This document shows positions 14,301 to 27,690 of a stretch of 64,000 nt of DNA, in pieces. This DNA is from Nemertoderma westbladi. Taxonomy: Eukaryota; Animalia; Xenacoelomorpha. Position 1 is the first letter of the stretch. Every line of letters begins with the position of its first letter. Below the pieces are notes generated by a model. It was not told where the DNA came from, did not search any database, and was given only the letters and a program-made list of their open reading frames with translations. A program made the translations under genes and the position numbers. The stretch is taken from assembly GCA_032718475.1 (NCBI GenBank), contig JAUCBJ010006179.1, positions 6,206-70,205 of the forward strand, given 5' to 3'.

Positions 14301-15609
14301 TTCCGTAACGTTGATAGTCAGTTCAAGGACCGCGCTCTGACCAAACTCAGCCTAAGAGACTCAGCTGCGGAGAAGTTAGACAGCACGGGATTCGCCCTTT
14401 TCAAGGACGTTTGTATACAGAACTTACATTCATCTGTTATACAAAGACCTCGAATACCCACGGGTTATTCTGTCGTGGTTATTCTATTCGCTTGCGGAGA
14501 CAGCCGCACCTATCTCAGCTATGCAATTGGAAGACGAACCAATATGCTTAGAATCTGAGGAGATTCAGCCTACAGCGCCCCGGAGCAGCGATAACGACTA
14601 CGTCTTGGAATGGTATCAAGGTCCACAATGTCTCACCGCATATGATTATCGGCACGCCAACTATGTTTCTCGAAAACGTTGCAGATTATGCGCATCGAGA
14701 GATCATTTCACCCCTATGGACTCAGACGTACCCTGCTCCTATTTCCATGAACAACCTATGATGGAGATCTATTGTGCGTATTGCAGACTCAATAACTCGC
14801 ACATTTTTGCAGTCTGCCCCCAATTTATGACTCAATGCCACCACTGTCAACTTAAAGAACATGCCAGTTTTAATTGCCTTTTTAACCGCGATCTGGAAAG
14901 CGTAGATGAGATGATTACCCTGCGCTACATCCGAGCTTGGGAAGCGAACGCGGATTTACATTGTGAGTCACGCCATCGCTATTACCCTGGACGCGCCTAC
15001 GAGGGAGTTTACGCGTTCCATCCTTATCTATTCGCGTCTGTTGAACAAAAAACACGCACACCGAGTTACGAACTAATGAAGCGTGTTCGTGAGTGTATTT
15101 CCACCAAATTTGTTCGAAAATATCTCAGGAACGTCAATCCTAACGATATTAATTCATACCATTTGATAAATTTCATCCGTCAAGACCCTGAGTATAGCGA
15201 TTTATTTGTCAACTCACACCCTGAGTTACAGGAAGTATCTCGACGGCCTTACGAATATCGAGCCCGAGAACGCGAGCTGGAAAGAACCATTAAACCGAGG
15301 AAGTTTCTCACCACTCACGGTCCACCTACCGCTATTGTCCAGATGACTCGTCAGGGACCAGTAGGAGCTGCTGTCCTAAGACGCGCCCTAAAGGCCGTTA
15401 GACCTCGCTCTACTGAAGTTGATATCGATCAACCAGGTACCTCGACCGGCGGATACACCGATCGTAATCCTAAACCTTCAGATGCAATTGTATTGTACCC
15501 TTCACCCAGGAGTTATAGCCCTCCTAGTAAAGTGGCTCGCCCCAAAGAGAAAAGGACTCTTGCTAGCCTCAAAAAACTGCGTAAACGCCGTCCGCGTAAG
15601 AAAGACTAA
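11364..15609 (+). pseudogene. Accessory ORF of the BEL element (~1,400 codons when reconstructed): unknown N-terminus, DEDDy/RNase D-WRN-like 3'-5' exonuclease, CCHC knuckles, basic C-terminus
   Basis: ORFs 11364, 11958, 12195 and 13317 share one frame, separated by stops at 11922, 12177, 13170, 13218 (first two are CGA in copy 2); motifs VVTYDNEG, LPQPVLEMLFNERILKIGSAVYGD, FVDTQ, SIGHLA, PLRPSLAIY; then CRLCASRDH, CAYCRLNNSHIFAVC, CHHCQLKEHASFNC; ends KKLRKRRPRKKD. Confidence 0.75.
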
Positions 15610-15687
15610 CTGTTTAGAGTATTTTTATATTTTAGAAACTGTGATTTTTTATATTTTATAGAATTAAATCCCATTTTCTGGGAGCGG

Positions 15688-16866
15688 TGTAAAGGCTTTT
15701 GCGGAATTAGCTGGTTATTTTCCCCGCAAAGTACTCTGTAGTTGTTTTAACGGACATAAAAAGCCGTTTCCTTACTGTACCGGTGTTTTAGTGGACATAA
15801 AAAGCCATTTCTTCTGTATGTGTACTTTAGCGGACATAACTAGCGATTTTATGTCGCAATAAGCCAAATACTCTAAACATTGGAACTCAGATGACGACAT
15901 CTATCAGCTGTGTCCACGTGTAACTTTTTCTTTGTTCTTTGTTCATTCTTTGTTTGGTCGACCAATCAGAGCGGTTTTCACTCTGTGTTGGACATAGTAT
16001 ACAGAAACTCACGCAATTCAGTCAGTGTGTGTATTTTTCCTGATGCCAGAAGACCGGCTTTGGAATTTCTGTGTTTCAGGCTTTAGCCAAACATTAGTAG
16101 GCTTGATCATAGAAACGTATAACTGTTATCATAACAAACCAAACCAAACTGGCATACAGCCCATATCATACTATGCATACCTTTCACCGCATTATTTTAC
16201 TGCTATTTACTGTCGGTTATTATTGTATCAGTTGATGGAATATTGTTATATTTGGATAATATCGATAAATAATCATAAAACCCCAATCTTCTTGATATAC
16301 TGTAGGTAAGAGACAGGTTACATATAGCAATTGCGACTTACATTATATTGGTTTTGGAGTGAATCTAATGCTATTTCATAGGCACTACATGTGTCGGTTG
16401 CTGTTCTCCTTATATGTGACTAAAATTAGTGAAGGTCGGCAGATTGGTGTGCAGCATTGTGCGGTAGTGTGCATGAATGTGATAGATAACAAAGCATCTC
16501 CTAAAGAATGCGCTTTATACGTGAATCATTAGCCATCCCGTTGTGTTTAGTGTAAGTCATAACTCTGTTTACATACTTAGAGCGCCACGTCCTAAAGGAT
16601 CTGTTGATATTTCCCGAAAGTGAATAATATTTGTCAGAAATTATATATTAACGATCAGTCGAATAATACAGTAGGCCTACACCGCAATAAGGTCAGAGCT
16701 TGCGAATCCAGTCTCCCGGGTATATCCAGCGGGTGAATGGTCGCGCATAGACTGGCTTCGGCTAATGTAGTGTATCAAATACTCGTCATAGGCTAAAGTC
16801 GATTTATAATCTAGAAGACACCTAAATTTGGCAGGTTAAACTGCTAAAGGTCTGAAAGCGCGAACA
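15688..16866 (+). repeat. 3' LTR of BEL copy 1 (1179 bp)
   Basis: TGT...ACA termini; preceded by GGGAGCGG; homologous to 1-149 and to the reverse complement of 46573-47740. Confidence 0.92.
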
Positions 16867-17198
16867 TACTGTTACACTCACATAATTAGGAATATGTACT
16901 GTATATAGTAGACCTAAACCCACATTATATCCTATATTATATTTAGTCAAACAAACCTTCCCTTTTTTCCCTTTCCTCTACGACTTCTAGACCTGCTTCC
17001 TTTTCCTCGGCGACTCCTAGACCTGCTCTTCTTTCCCTTCTTACTTCCCTTTCGTTTTTTACGTCTCCTTTTCTCCATTTCATTCCGGCTGGTGGAACGA
17101 TTACCACTCTTTTATAGGCTCCTACTTTTCCTTTCATCTAAGGCCCAACTCGGCAAACTATCCAACCCCAAATCACTTTCTTCAGGTTGAACAGGCAT
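16867..17198 (-). pseudogene. Protamine-like gene copy: exon 1 (17198-16957) and part of the intron, interrupted by the BEL element
   Basis: Reverse complement of 40401-40732; TCA>TAA nonsense at codon 29 and a 1-nt deletion near the exon end; intron sequence stops at the LTR end. Confidence 0.88.
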
Positions 17199-17676
17199 GA
17201 TTATTTAAAATATTACCGATAATTACCTCAATAATGTCCTAAACAAAAAACTAAGTTTTGCCTAATTCGCCATGTCAACAACACCCATGACCATTTTATA
17301 CTATGTTTTTTTTTTAATTAAATAATTATTGATGTGGATATTCTAGCCGGTAGATGGTACTAATATACTGCATCTTAGTTCAATCTGAATAATTAATTCC
17401 ACGTAGCTAATGTTATTTACTAGCTAGCAGATTTAATTAGCAAGTAAAAAAAATTGTATTAAAATTAAATATAAGACCAGCATGATATTGCCTACCGCCT
17501 CGTAATTTAACTTGGTTTACACACACACTTTATTAATGATTAGACATTATTGAAATTGATATAGCTAGTATTTTTAATGGCAGCACACAGCGGCTCATTT
17601 ATTCATAAAATCAAAAAAATAATATTACGTAACTTGTTTTGTATTATACATTTACATTATATACAAATACACAATA

Positions 17677-18737
17677 TGTGGCTGGCCACGAAAAAAGGGA
17701 CTTATGTCGCAAAACCTGATTCTGAGATAGTCGCGTTCAAAGGTTCCCTCTATTTTTGAATAAATTTAATTGGATTATCAATTTAGAAATTAGGGAAATT
17801 CAAATTGGTTCTGATATTCAAGATACCTAGGAAAGAACTTATTACAGGAAGCAATATAAGATGTTGCAGTGTTGTATATAACACTGTTTTAGTGTTTTCA
17901 TGTCTGAATTTAGGACTTTAATAAATGGTACTTAATACGAGTAGGTAGGCCTACAGTTATTTTTTAAATGTAATATGGCTGTCATTCTGTTAATTTCTAT
18001 TCGTTAGTTCTGAAATTTTGTAAGCACCTACTGCGATATTAAGTGACACTGAAGAATGAATCTCAGACTGTAATGTTCAATAGTCTACCGCTAGGGGCGA
18101 TAATGTTCTAGAATGTAAATTGCTTGTCATTTTGGTAATTCCTGTCCGTTTGTTTTGAAATTTTGTAGACAACTACAATATAAAATGACACTGGAGAATG
18201 AATTCTAGCCTGTAATATTCAATAGTCTACCGCTAGGGGCGATAATGTTCTAGAATGTAAAATTTTTTTGAAAAAAAGTTTATTTTTTTTGAAAAAAAAT
18301 TAATTTTTTTGAAAATATTTATTTTTTTGAAAAAAATTTTAAATTTACAAAAAAAAAATTTTTTTTGGTTAGGGGCCTACATGTTTTTTTGAAAATTTTG
18401 CAAAAATTTTTTTTAAATAGTTCATTAACAATATTAAGGGTTTCAAAGTGTTAAAAGTTTGATAAAAAGCCGAATAACATTGACCTGCCTAACTATATAT
18501 AGCAAGAATTGCTATATGATATTATTAATCTTTTCAATTTTTTTTAAAAACAAAATAATTTTGAAAGGAGCTACCCGATTCACCTTCACATAAATCGCTA
18601 TAACTATTTTTTGGAAATAGATATTGAGACACCATTTTTTTTTGTTAAAATCTCTGTAAAATTCTGCATCTCATAGGCCTAATAACTCAAAATCGACCTC
18701 CGGTAACATAAGGTCCCTTTTCTCGTGGCCAGCCACA
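17677..18737. mobile_element. Non-autonomous DNA transposon (MITE-like), ~31 bp TIRs
   Basis: TGTGGCTGGCCACGAAAAAAGGGAC-TTATGT at left vs ACATAAGGTCCCTTTTCTCGTGGCCAGCCACA at right, flanked by TA; internal ~140 bp tandem duplication; no ORF. Confidence 0.85.
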
Positions 18738-19259
18738 TATACAAATTTACCAGCACCATATTGAATGCATTCCATCAGATAATACTGTATATGTCCCACT
18801 TTCGAATGCCAATAGCTCAGCTATTTCCCAACCAAATTGAAATGTTTGTACATATTTCGAATATTAGCACCGCCAGCTTTCCGTTGGACCAACATATCGA
18901 TAAGGTTGAAGAACAACTGTGGTGCAACTGGTGCTATTTCGTCGGAGAAACCTTTTTTAAACGCTTGTAGCTAAAGAATAATAGCGGAAATAAAAATTCT
19001 GGCTCACCCACTCGGGAGAAGGGAGGTGAAACTACCTCATTTCAAATTCTATACAATCTCATTAAGATTTGTAGAAAGATTTGTGGGGGGGGGGGGGGGG
19101 GGGTGTGTCCAGGTACATGAATTTCGACACTATGTATATTCCGGGGCATTGCAGTGGGACGTACATAAAAAAAAACAGTAGATTCCTATAGATAAAAATT
19201 AAATTATTATAGTTATTAGGAGTCCAAAACAACCTTGCGCTTTTATCCACTCGTTCTCT

Positions 19260-21429
19260 ATGATGGCATCGTATTGGACGTTTCGAAGGAAAGTACGGAA
19301 AGGTGTTAGAGAAGATGTAGGAAGTATTACTGAGGATGATGATATGATAATATCTGATAATGAAAACAGTAAAAATGTGAATAATAATTGTGACTGTGAA
19401 TTTCCAATTCAACCAGTAATTATTTGTGATGATGAAATTGATAACATTGACACTTCTAGTTGTAGCTGTGATTCATCAGAGTCCTCTTTCTGCCTCTCAG
19501 ATGACTTCAATAATGGTGAACTTGGTGACACTGGGGTACCATAAATAACCGTTACCGGTAGTGACGAACCAAAAACAAGTCCTACCGGTAGCTTAAAATC
19601 ATCCTTGGCTTTGTGGGCTATAAAACATAATGTCACTCATACGGCGGCGAACGATTTGTTGGCAATCTTAAATGACAACCAGATTGGAGATCTACCTAAG
19701 GATACTAGAACGTTGTTAAAGACGCCCAGGATTTCCAATGCCATATCTATTTTTGCAGATGAGGCTTTACCTTCTGGTCATGATGTGAATGCGAGCAATT
19801 TTCTCTATCGTGGTATCTCGAAATTCCTTGATAAATTTCTAAGTGAAGTCCTATCACTACATCCTACAATACATAATTCAACGGACCTTATTGAATTAAA
19901 GACTAACATAGATGGTCTTCCGTTATTCGATAACTCAAAAGTGCAGTTTTGGCCAATTTTAGGAATTTTGAGTATATTAGAAATTGTTTCAAAACCATTT
20001 GTAATTGCAATTTATTGTGGGGATGGTAAGCCGGGATCATTAGATAAATATCTCAATGATTTTGTTTCTGAAGCAAATGCTTTAAGCCTCAATGGTATTT
20101 ATAACAACGATAAATTGTGGAAATTTCGGGTGCAATTAATTATTTGCGATTATCCAGCCAAAACGTATATTGCAAATAAAAGGCCATAATGGTTATGCTG
20201 GGTGCGATAAATGCACATGTACTGGAACATGGTACAACAATCGAATGATATTTGCACAATGTGATAGTGAGCATAGAACTGAAGACTCTTTCCGTACCAA
20301 AAAAGATGCAGCTCATCACATTTGCAGTACAGGTACACCACTCTTAGGTTTAAAACATTTCGACATTGTGAAGCAAACTCCGATTGATGGGATGCATCTT
20401 CTTTATTTAGGTTATATGCGTAAATTATTGCTTGGATGGTTAAAGGGCCCACTGTACATCCGTCTGCAATCTAGAGATACACAAGCAATTTCTTCTGGTA
20501 TACAGTATCAGTTGGGTTTAGTGCCATTAGAGTTCTCTAGGAGACCGAGGTCCATTGACCTTTTGGAACGTTGGAAAGCTACTGAATTCCGTCAATTTTT
20601 ACTTTTCATCGGGCCTGTTGTCTTGAGAAATGTCCTTACAAATGATAGGTATTGCCATTTTTTACTTTTACACTTATCAGCGCGTATTTTATCATCTCAG
20701 CATCCATTTATTACCACAGAACAGGTAAAATATGCTGATAGCTTGATACAGGAGTACTTCCGGCTGGTTTCGGTAATATATTCCAAAGATATGTTAATCT
20801 ATAACACCCATGGTCTTACTCACTTATCAGATGATGTCCTAAGATATGGCTCTTTGGAAAAATTCAGTTCATTCCCATTCGAATCTTATTTGGGGATTCT
20901 GAAAAGGAGAATACGTTCATTCCGCAGTCCTCTGGCATAAGCTGAGAAACGTTTATTTGAAATTGATAGTGCCACCGGAACCACCACCATTTATAAACAT
21001 ATGAAAGAACTTCCGACACTTAAGCGCAGAATTAATATTATTATCGAAGATAGACATTCTTTTGCATCATATCGTGACCTCGAGTGTGAATTGTATAAAA
21101 TAAGTTTGAAAAAAGGTGAGAATATAGTTATGTGCAAAGAAACTAAGTCTATATTTATAATTTCGGAGATATTGAAACACTGCGAAGACGATAAAATACA
21201 ACTGAGAGTTTCCGAAGTACCACGGAAATACATAACTGACTTTTATACATATCCATGCCCATCCTCGAATTTTGATATCCTTTTAATTAAGTATAACGTA
21301 ATGGGTGACATACAGTATCCTACGAAGTTAGTAATGTTCACTTCTATTCGCTTCACTAAAATGTGTTGTCTTTACTATAACAATCACGAGACCTTTGTGT
21401 TGTTACCGCTCCTTCATACTGCTAAATAG
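19260..21429 (+). pseudogene. Animal EnSpm/CACTA-type transposase, disrupted (stops at 19542 and 20938, frameshift ~20180)
   Basis: LPKDTRTLLKTP, NIDGLPLF..QFWPILG, ICDYPAK, KGHNGYAGCDKC, PIDGMHLLYLG, WKATEFRQFLL, YNTHGLTHLSDDV, FSSFPFESYLG. Confidence 0.88.
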
Positions 21430-21524
21430 ACTAAATAAATTTAATTAATATAATCAGAATATTGAATATCTTGACTCTATTTTATAATTTGACTTTCCCA
21501 TTGTACTATAATAAATTAATAGCA

Positions 21525-24500
21525 ATGCGGCGTCAAGAGTCCCCCTCTAGCAGTGTTTTCAACAAGCGATATGTTGTTGTTGAATTTCCTGTGCAAAAAG
21601 AGGTGGAATGGGGTCTTAGCTCTTGGATCCAGCATTTGGATGAGTCATCGAGAACGGGGTCGATTTATTGGCCACATAATGTCAACAAATTTCGTACGAA
21701 GAAGGAGCCAGTTCATGCAAATGAGTTTTCGAAATGGACCATTTATTCCATTAAAGTTTTGGATTTTACAAGTAAGTTGCGTTTGGTTACATACATGGTT
21801 ATTTATTACTAATTTTGTACAGCCCAACTTCGTCCGTTATTATCTGTTACCACCTCAAAGTCCCTTAGTGGTTAAATCCGTTGCCTTGAATTCTCTCCTG
21901 GGGTCAATGGTTCGATCCCCGCATGGGGGACAGGGCAGATTTCGTTTCGGCACGAATGCTTCAAAGGGACTAGCCACGGCGCATCTCTGCCTTGCATCCT
22001 TAAATTGTACCGCAGCTAAATGAGTTCCTGAGTTTCCTTCGGGCAGAATATATCTGGGGGACCCCACTGGAAATAAAGCAACCCCCCCCCCCCCCCCCCC
22101 CCATCTATATCCGGTAATTGAAAGTAATTTCACACATCACAAGATTCTGCACCTTTCTGCAAATATTGTATTTCACTATATACTGTACTATACGATATTC
22201 TACGACTATCTGGCAATGGTGGAAGGAGAAACGGCGCCATACAATAATGAGGTTAATGATAGGGGTTTAAGAGTTGTGACAGCGTTACAGCGCAGTTGCG
22301 TAACCAAGGGGGTGGATGCTACTGTTATAGTTTTATTGTTCCACCCACGCGAAATTTGGGAACTTACTCTTGTTTTAAACCGTAACCCTCTGGTATGTTT
22401 TTCATTTTTATTCCTCTTAAAATATACCTCTACTATCTTCCACTATTACCATACGAATAATTAGTAATATATATTTTAAGAAATTACAATTACACCTAAA
22501 ATCGCAAAAAACGTTTCAGCAAAGAAATGCCCCCTCCCCCGTTCTAAAAAATATTGAATTACAGACCACTGTTAGATATTTATTTCTAGGTTTCTTTATA
22601 TTTATACTTTTATTTTATGATCTTAGCCTTCTTCGATCTTTCGACATTTGGAACCACTACCATCAACAACAACCACACTTGTCACTCAACCTGAACTTCC
22701 CCATACAGTTGAGCCAATACTTGCCGGTGCCGCGACATCTGTAAGTACGGGTGTGGCGGTGTAATCTGTGCTGTAATATAATGTTATATAATTATTAATC
22801 CATAGGCTAATATAGTTAGCATAATAGCGGAATTACGGAACACTTGCTGTGAGTAATAATTATCCAAGCCCAACAACTATAATACACCATACCAATAGCC
22901 TTATGTCTACAGTATAATCTGTTATTAATTAGGTATTTTGTTTATTTCTGTCCGCGCAAGTAAGTGTTTTTAATTCGACCCTATGAAATGTGTGATAAGT
23001 ACCATTATCGCGAGCTGCTCGATGACATCTAAGTTATGCCGATGTTTTAAGTATCAACTGAGTGTTGGAGGTACTGTATCACCGAACTAAACTCTAATTA
23101 GCCTACATTGAAACCTAATCTAAATTTAACATATTTTATTTAATTTTAGAATTTGGAATCAACATTCAACTTTCAACAAAGCAATCTTACCACTCTTACC
23201 ACATGTGATCCTTTATCATTACCGGTGCCTGTTGATAGCCATAATTATAACTCGGTATGTACTGATAGCAACTACTGTATCTTCATATTTTTTAGTTTTT
23301 CATTTCATATAGAGCAGATTTTTGTGAGGATTCCAAATCTGAGAACTGATTAGCAATATATCTATATTCAATATTATTATTATTATACAGCGCATTACAT
23401 TACCTTACCCGCTGATGGACAACTTTTAAAATCGAGCATTACTATTTATTACTACAGTATTACTATTTATTATTCGAAATTACACTAACGGTAAGGGCCC
23501 ATTTATACTCAGCCGTACGACAACGTCGTGCGGCATCCGTGAGGTCAACGTACGGCCTCATCCATGGCCGTAAGGCGTCATGCATTCAATGATTCCAATA
23601 CATTTAAATTTGTATCAAATATGTTGAAGAACAAGTTTTGTTAGGCCTGTAGAATAGTTATAAAAATCCTAGCTAGTATAGTAAAACAACAATTTAGTAA
23701 ATTGCGGGGGGGGGGGGGGGGTTGCGGAAATGTTACTACTTTATTTCACTCCTTATGTACCGTATTAGTATGTAATATATTTGATTTTCATACTGTAGCT
23801 TTAAGTAATACTATGATAAATCTTGTAGTAGTGCTTTTTATCAAATTTTTAAATGTTAAAAAATTTAAAATGTGAACCAGATTTTATTTACTCGAAGTGC
23901 TTAGTTTTTGCTGTACATTAGTGTTTAAACGGGATTCCGGCAAAAAATGTAACCCCGGTTCCGATCCCGACTTTTTTGGAAAGGGATCCCGAAGTATAAA
24001 TAGTGAAGTAAAATTGTTGAATACCGGAAAAACCGGGAAATTTTTTTGTCAAAATCGCTCGCCTCCCTGCGTATGCGTAAGTTATGTTTCTCAATCATTT
24101 ATTAATTTAATATTATTGCAGATAACTGACAATGTTACAACTGCTAATATTACTCAAATCGCTCCGCCAAAACGATCATCCTCGACATCATTGATTCTCG
24201 CAAAATTAAATGAGATAATACTGAAGCAAAAGGAGCACGACGTCATCTTAAAGAGGCTCCTAGAGGTGAAGGAAAATGTGTCCTCTCCAATCCCCGATGG
24301 CGATGATATTGATTTAAAGTTGCCACTAAAGTCTATCGACGACTTTCCTCAGATTGAGGAAATTTTGAAGGAGGGCAGCAGTAGGGACGTCCTAAAGCGT
24401 CGAGTTCGTGGGGTTGGTGACTCCTCCATGGGAGACAATACACGCGCCGCTATGCGGATGTTAATGACGGATGAGGTGGCGCAGAATGTTAATTGGCGTG

Positions 24501-24673
24501 GAAAAGGCGGGAAGGTTCCTTTCGGGGAAAAGTTACTATGTAATGTAATGACCGAAGGTCTAAGTAATTCCTCGCTATTTAAGGACGAAGTTGGAGCAAA
24601 CCAAACAATTCATAAAATTATGAAAGTGTGGTTGAAACACGCCAAAGAACGATGTATAAAATCTCACCAATAA
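21525..24673 (+). CDS. Second, spliced EnSpm gene (DUF4806-like C-terminus); first exon 21525-21771, last exon 24122-24673, middle exons unresolved
   Basis: YVVVEF..SSW..YWP N-terminal exon ending at GTAAGT; last exon follows TTATTGCAG and encodes LPLKSIDDF..GVGD..MLMTDEVAQNVNWRGKGGKVPF. Confidence 0.65.
21858..22080 (+). mobile_element. tRNA-derived SINE
   Basis: A-box-like TAGTGGTTAA, B-box GGTTCGATCCC; 3' part (GCCTTGCATCCTTAAA..GGCAGAATA..CTGGGGGA..ACTGGAAATAA) recurs at 42258-42342. Confidence 0.7.
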
Positions 24674-26459
24674 AAACTAACAATAATAACTCTAGTACTA
24701 CAGTATGTATTACCAATATTGAATCAAAATTACGTATATATTGTATGTGAAGTATTAGGGCATTATTGAATAGGTCGGTAAAGTTGGAAGGTACATTGAA
24801 ATTAGGATTCCTTGAAAAGAAATCTTTAAGTTTGCGTTGCGAAAAATGCGAAAACTTTTTTTTAAACAATATTTTCTTAAGATGCAAAAAAACGTTTTAG
24901 AAACAATTTTTTAATTATCGTTTGTGACTGTGAGATAGCGCGACGGGGGTCTACGATTTCGTGATGATTTGTGAAAAAGGGGGAGGGGGGGGGGGGTCTA
25001 AATTGTAAAAAAAAGGGTGTGACGTAATTTAATAATCTGAAAAAATATTCTCTATTCTGCCTCCATCTTAACCTCAACGGTCTGTCGAACAAGTTTTCTT
25101 TCAAATGTCAAGCAATACGCTAAAGATTTCAAGAAAAATGCGGAGGGGGGGGGGGGGGCTTCACGTATCACCAGAAAATGACACTATATTACGGAATTAC
25201 GGGTCATAGTGTTAAATGAATAGTAATAATGTTAACATATTTTTACTAACCTCGTTTTATTGCGCGCAGTTAAATGAGGAAGCATTTTCAATTCCCTCAT
25301 TTCTGAAGGCATTTAATTTAAATAATCCTTGTAAAGTTTAGAACCTAATTTCATGCAAATATAGAAGGAAAAATCAAACATTGTTTTTCAAAAATGATGA
25401 CAATGGAGACTTTAATTACCAATCGCTTGGTCTTAAAATTAAGCACTAAAGAATAAATAAAATTTTATGTTAATGACTATTTATATCACGTTGATAAAAG
25501 GATAAAACGATTATAGGAAAACAGTAAAGTAAACGAGTAGACCTACTGTTTTCCTATAAAGTAATTTTATCAGTGTGTATAATTTTGTTCAAAAATTGAA
25601 ATATTTCTCTCCGACTTCCCGATGAGGCGTTGTTTAATACAACGTACCGTTAGCGGTACCGTACAGTGTTTATCGCCAACTGCTGTTTGATATGCTGATT
25701 GCAAGGCCTACTCCTAGAGTACTATGGTGCGCCATAGAATTTGACCCCATAAGTTTGGTTTACGTATAGGTGAGCGTACAAAAAACTGACAGAAGGATTG
25801 AAATGTTTCAATTTTTATATAATATGTTAAAAATGAATACTTGAAGAAAGTCTAAGAAGGCTCGGTGAAGAGGGTTATGATTGGATGTGGATAGGCTGTT
25901 TTCAATAATGCTCAGTTTATACAGTAGTTAGTTATATATAACGTTACGTATACATTGATGTGCATAGTTACTGTAGAAGTATAACTGGTGGGTGCTTAAA
26001 AATGTGTAATAAATTTATGTTAAAATCGAAAATGTTTAATCAATGACTTTAATAAAATCTAAAATACTGACTGAAATTAATTAATTAGTCATATTGTGCC
26101 AATTAGACTATTTAAACAGTCCAGCAAGTAAAGAAAAATTACCAAAATTAATATAAATGACCTTATGATAAGTGAGCGTGATCAGTGAGTTGTAGAATTC
26201 GCCTAACAAAGGGTGGCTTTTGCTAGAAGCCCAGCTACTGTAGAACGTGCCAATATGCACTGCGGCTATCCCAGATAAAACCTCATTTAATAATAAAAGG
26301 ACAGCCGATGATATAACAAAAAGTCATTACTAATCCATCTGAGTAAATTACGTATATATTGCTTGTGGCATGTGGTGTGAGCTTATTATACAAGGCCGTG
26401 TTGTTTTCTAAGTTGTTGTCTTAAGGGTCAAATTATATATATAATTATTATTATAGGTT

Positions 26460-26721
26460 CATGACGAATAAAGACCAAAAAAAGACGTCAGTTAATATTG
26501 AAAATGTACGTCTTTAATGGGTCAGGAAGACGTCATAATTGGTCTTTTCATGTCATTAAATGTCGTCATTTGCCGTCTTTAATATGACGTCTCTGAAAGA
26601 CGTCTTTTTGACGGACTTAGGACGAGCAAAATGACGTCAATTAGGACGTCTTTTCCAAGGACGTCATTGACCAAAAAAGACGTCATTACGACGTCTTTTT
26701 GACGTCCGTGTGCTTATAGGG
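26460..26721. repeat. Probable right terminus of the EnSpm element with subterminal GACGTC repeats
   Basis: Dense AAGACGTC/GACGTCTT motifs in both orientations ending ...GTGTGCTTATAGGG; matching left end not found. Confidence 0.55.
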
Positions 26722-26924
26722 TATAGCTAATGTTTTTTATTGTTGGTAGCAGTTTTAGTTGTGTTGAAAATGAATTTAGCTAAATTTAAATTTCAAAAAT
26801 ATTCCAGAATAAGCAAAAACTGTATATAAAATATTTTTATTTTTGAGTAAAATTTTTGAATAGCTAGTATTTTGATAAATAGAAGCTAGAATAAAAAATA
26901 TTATAGAATGTTGACTATGTTCTA

Positions 26925-27623
26925 CAGTACAGGCCACCAGAAAAAGCAGATTTCATCCAATGTGATCACATGTGAACACATTTGTTCTTGTCATCTGATT
27001 GGCAGGTTATGGCGAGTTATCTTCTAGATCACACAGCAGGAGGCTAACTTGCTGGGACCGACAAAGGATTTGTGTGCGGTGCGCCTGTATGTCTGATCAG
27101 GTAGATGAGAGAGCCCCCAGGGCGTAATATTGCGGACATGGGCTGTATCGGTAGAGAGAGAACTACATACAAGACCACATGGAGGTTCATGGAGTGTATG
27201 GGAGTGGATGGGTGGGTATATGGATGGAGGAGCCTAGACCATTGAATAATTAATTTAGGGCAGGGAGATGTCGCGCCATTAGTCTGACACCGAGAGGGCA
27301 CAGAGAAACACCAGAAGATGCCTTAACAGCACTAACTATAGGCCTGCCTACTAGACACTATAACCGCACACTACTGTATAAAGGTAAACAATATCCTTAT
27401 CGCATTTCCAGCTGCAGTGAGTGACAGTTCGCGGCAAACAACAGAGAGTTTCCAGATTACTGAGCGTTTCAAAAGTATTCAATTGTATCCTTTGGCGAAA
27501 AAATGTTGGTTGTTGCCAATTCAATTATGTTCAATTGTCCCGTTCAACAACATTACACTGCTACACATTTGATCAAATGTGTTCACAATTGTACAAATCT
27601 GCGTTTTCTGGTGGCCTGTACTG
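26925..27623. mobile_element. MITE, Tc1/mariner-like (CAGT termini, TA TSD)
   Basis: TA|CAGTACAGGCCACCAGAAAAAGCAGATTT ... AAATCTGCGTTTTCTGGTGGCCTGTACTG|TA. Confidence 0.85.
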
Positions 27624-27690
27624 TAGCAAATAAAATATAAAAGTCAAAGAAGCTTTAGCTCGTGGAAAACAATTGAATGGGGGTTTCGAC

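Larger units (their letters stand above)
1..16866 (+). mobile_element. BEL/Pao LTR retrotransposon, copy 1 (5' LTR cut by window edge), with extra ORF between pol and 3' LTR
   Basis: 1-149 matches 16718-16866 with one mismatch; gag-PR-RT-RNaseH-IN order with BEL-type motifs; PPT-like GGGAGCGG directly before TGT at 15688. Confidence 0.95.

Noticed and set aside
11364-15609. env gene of the BEL element
   Set aside because: No signal peptide, fusion peptide or transmembrane segment seen; motifs indicate a nuclease and zinc knuckles
17577-17600. Left TIR of the EnSpm element
   Set aside because: Only AGCACAC matches the putative right end and there are no GACGTC subterminal repeats
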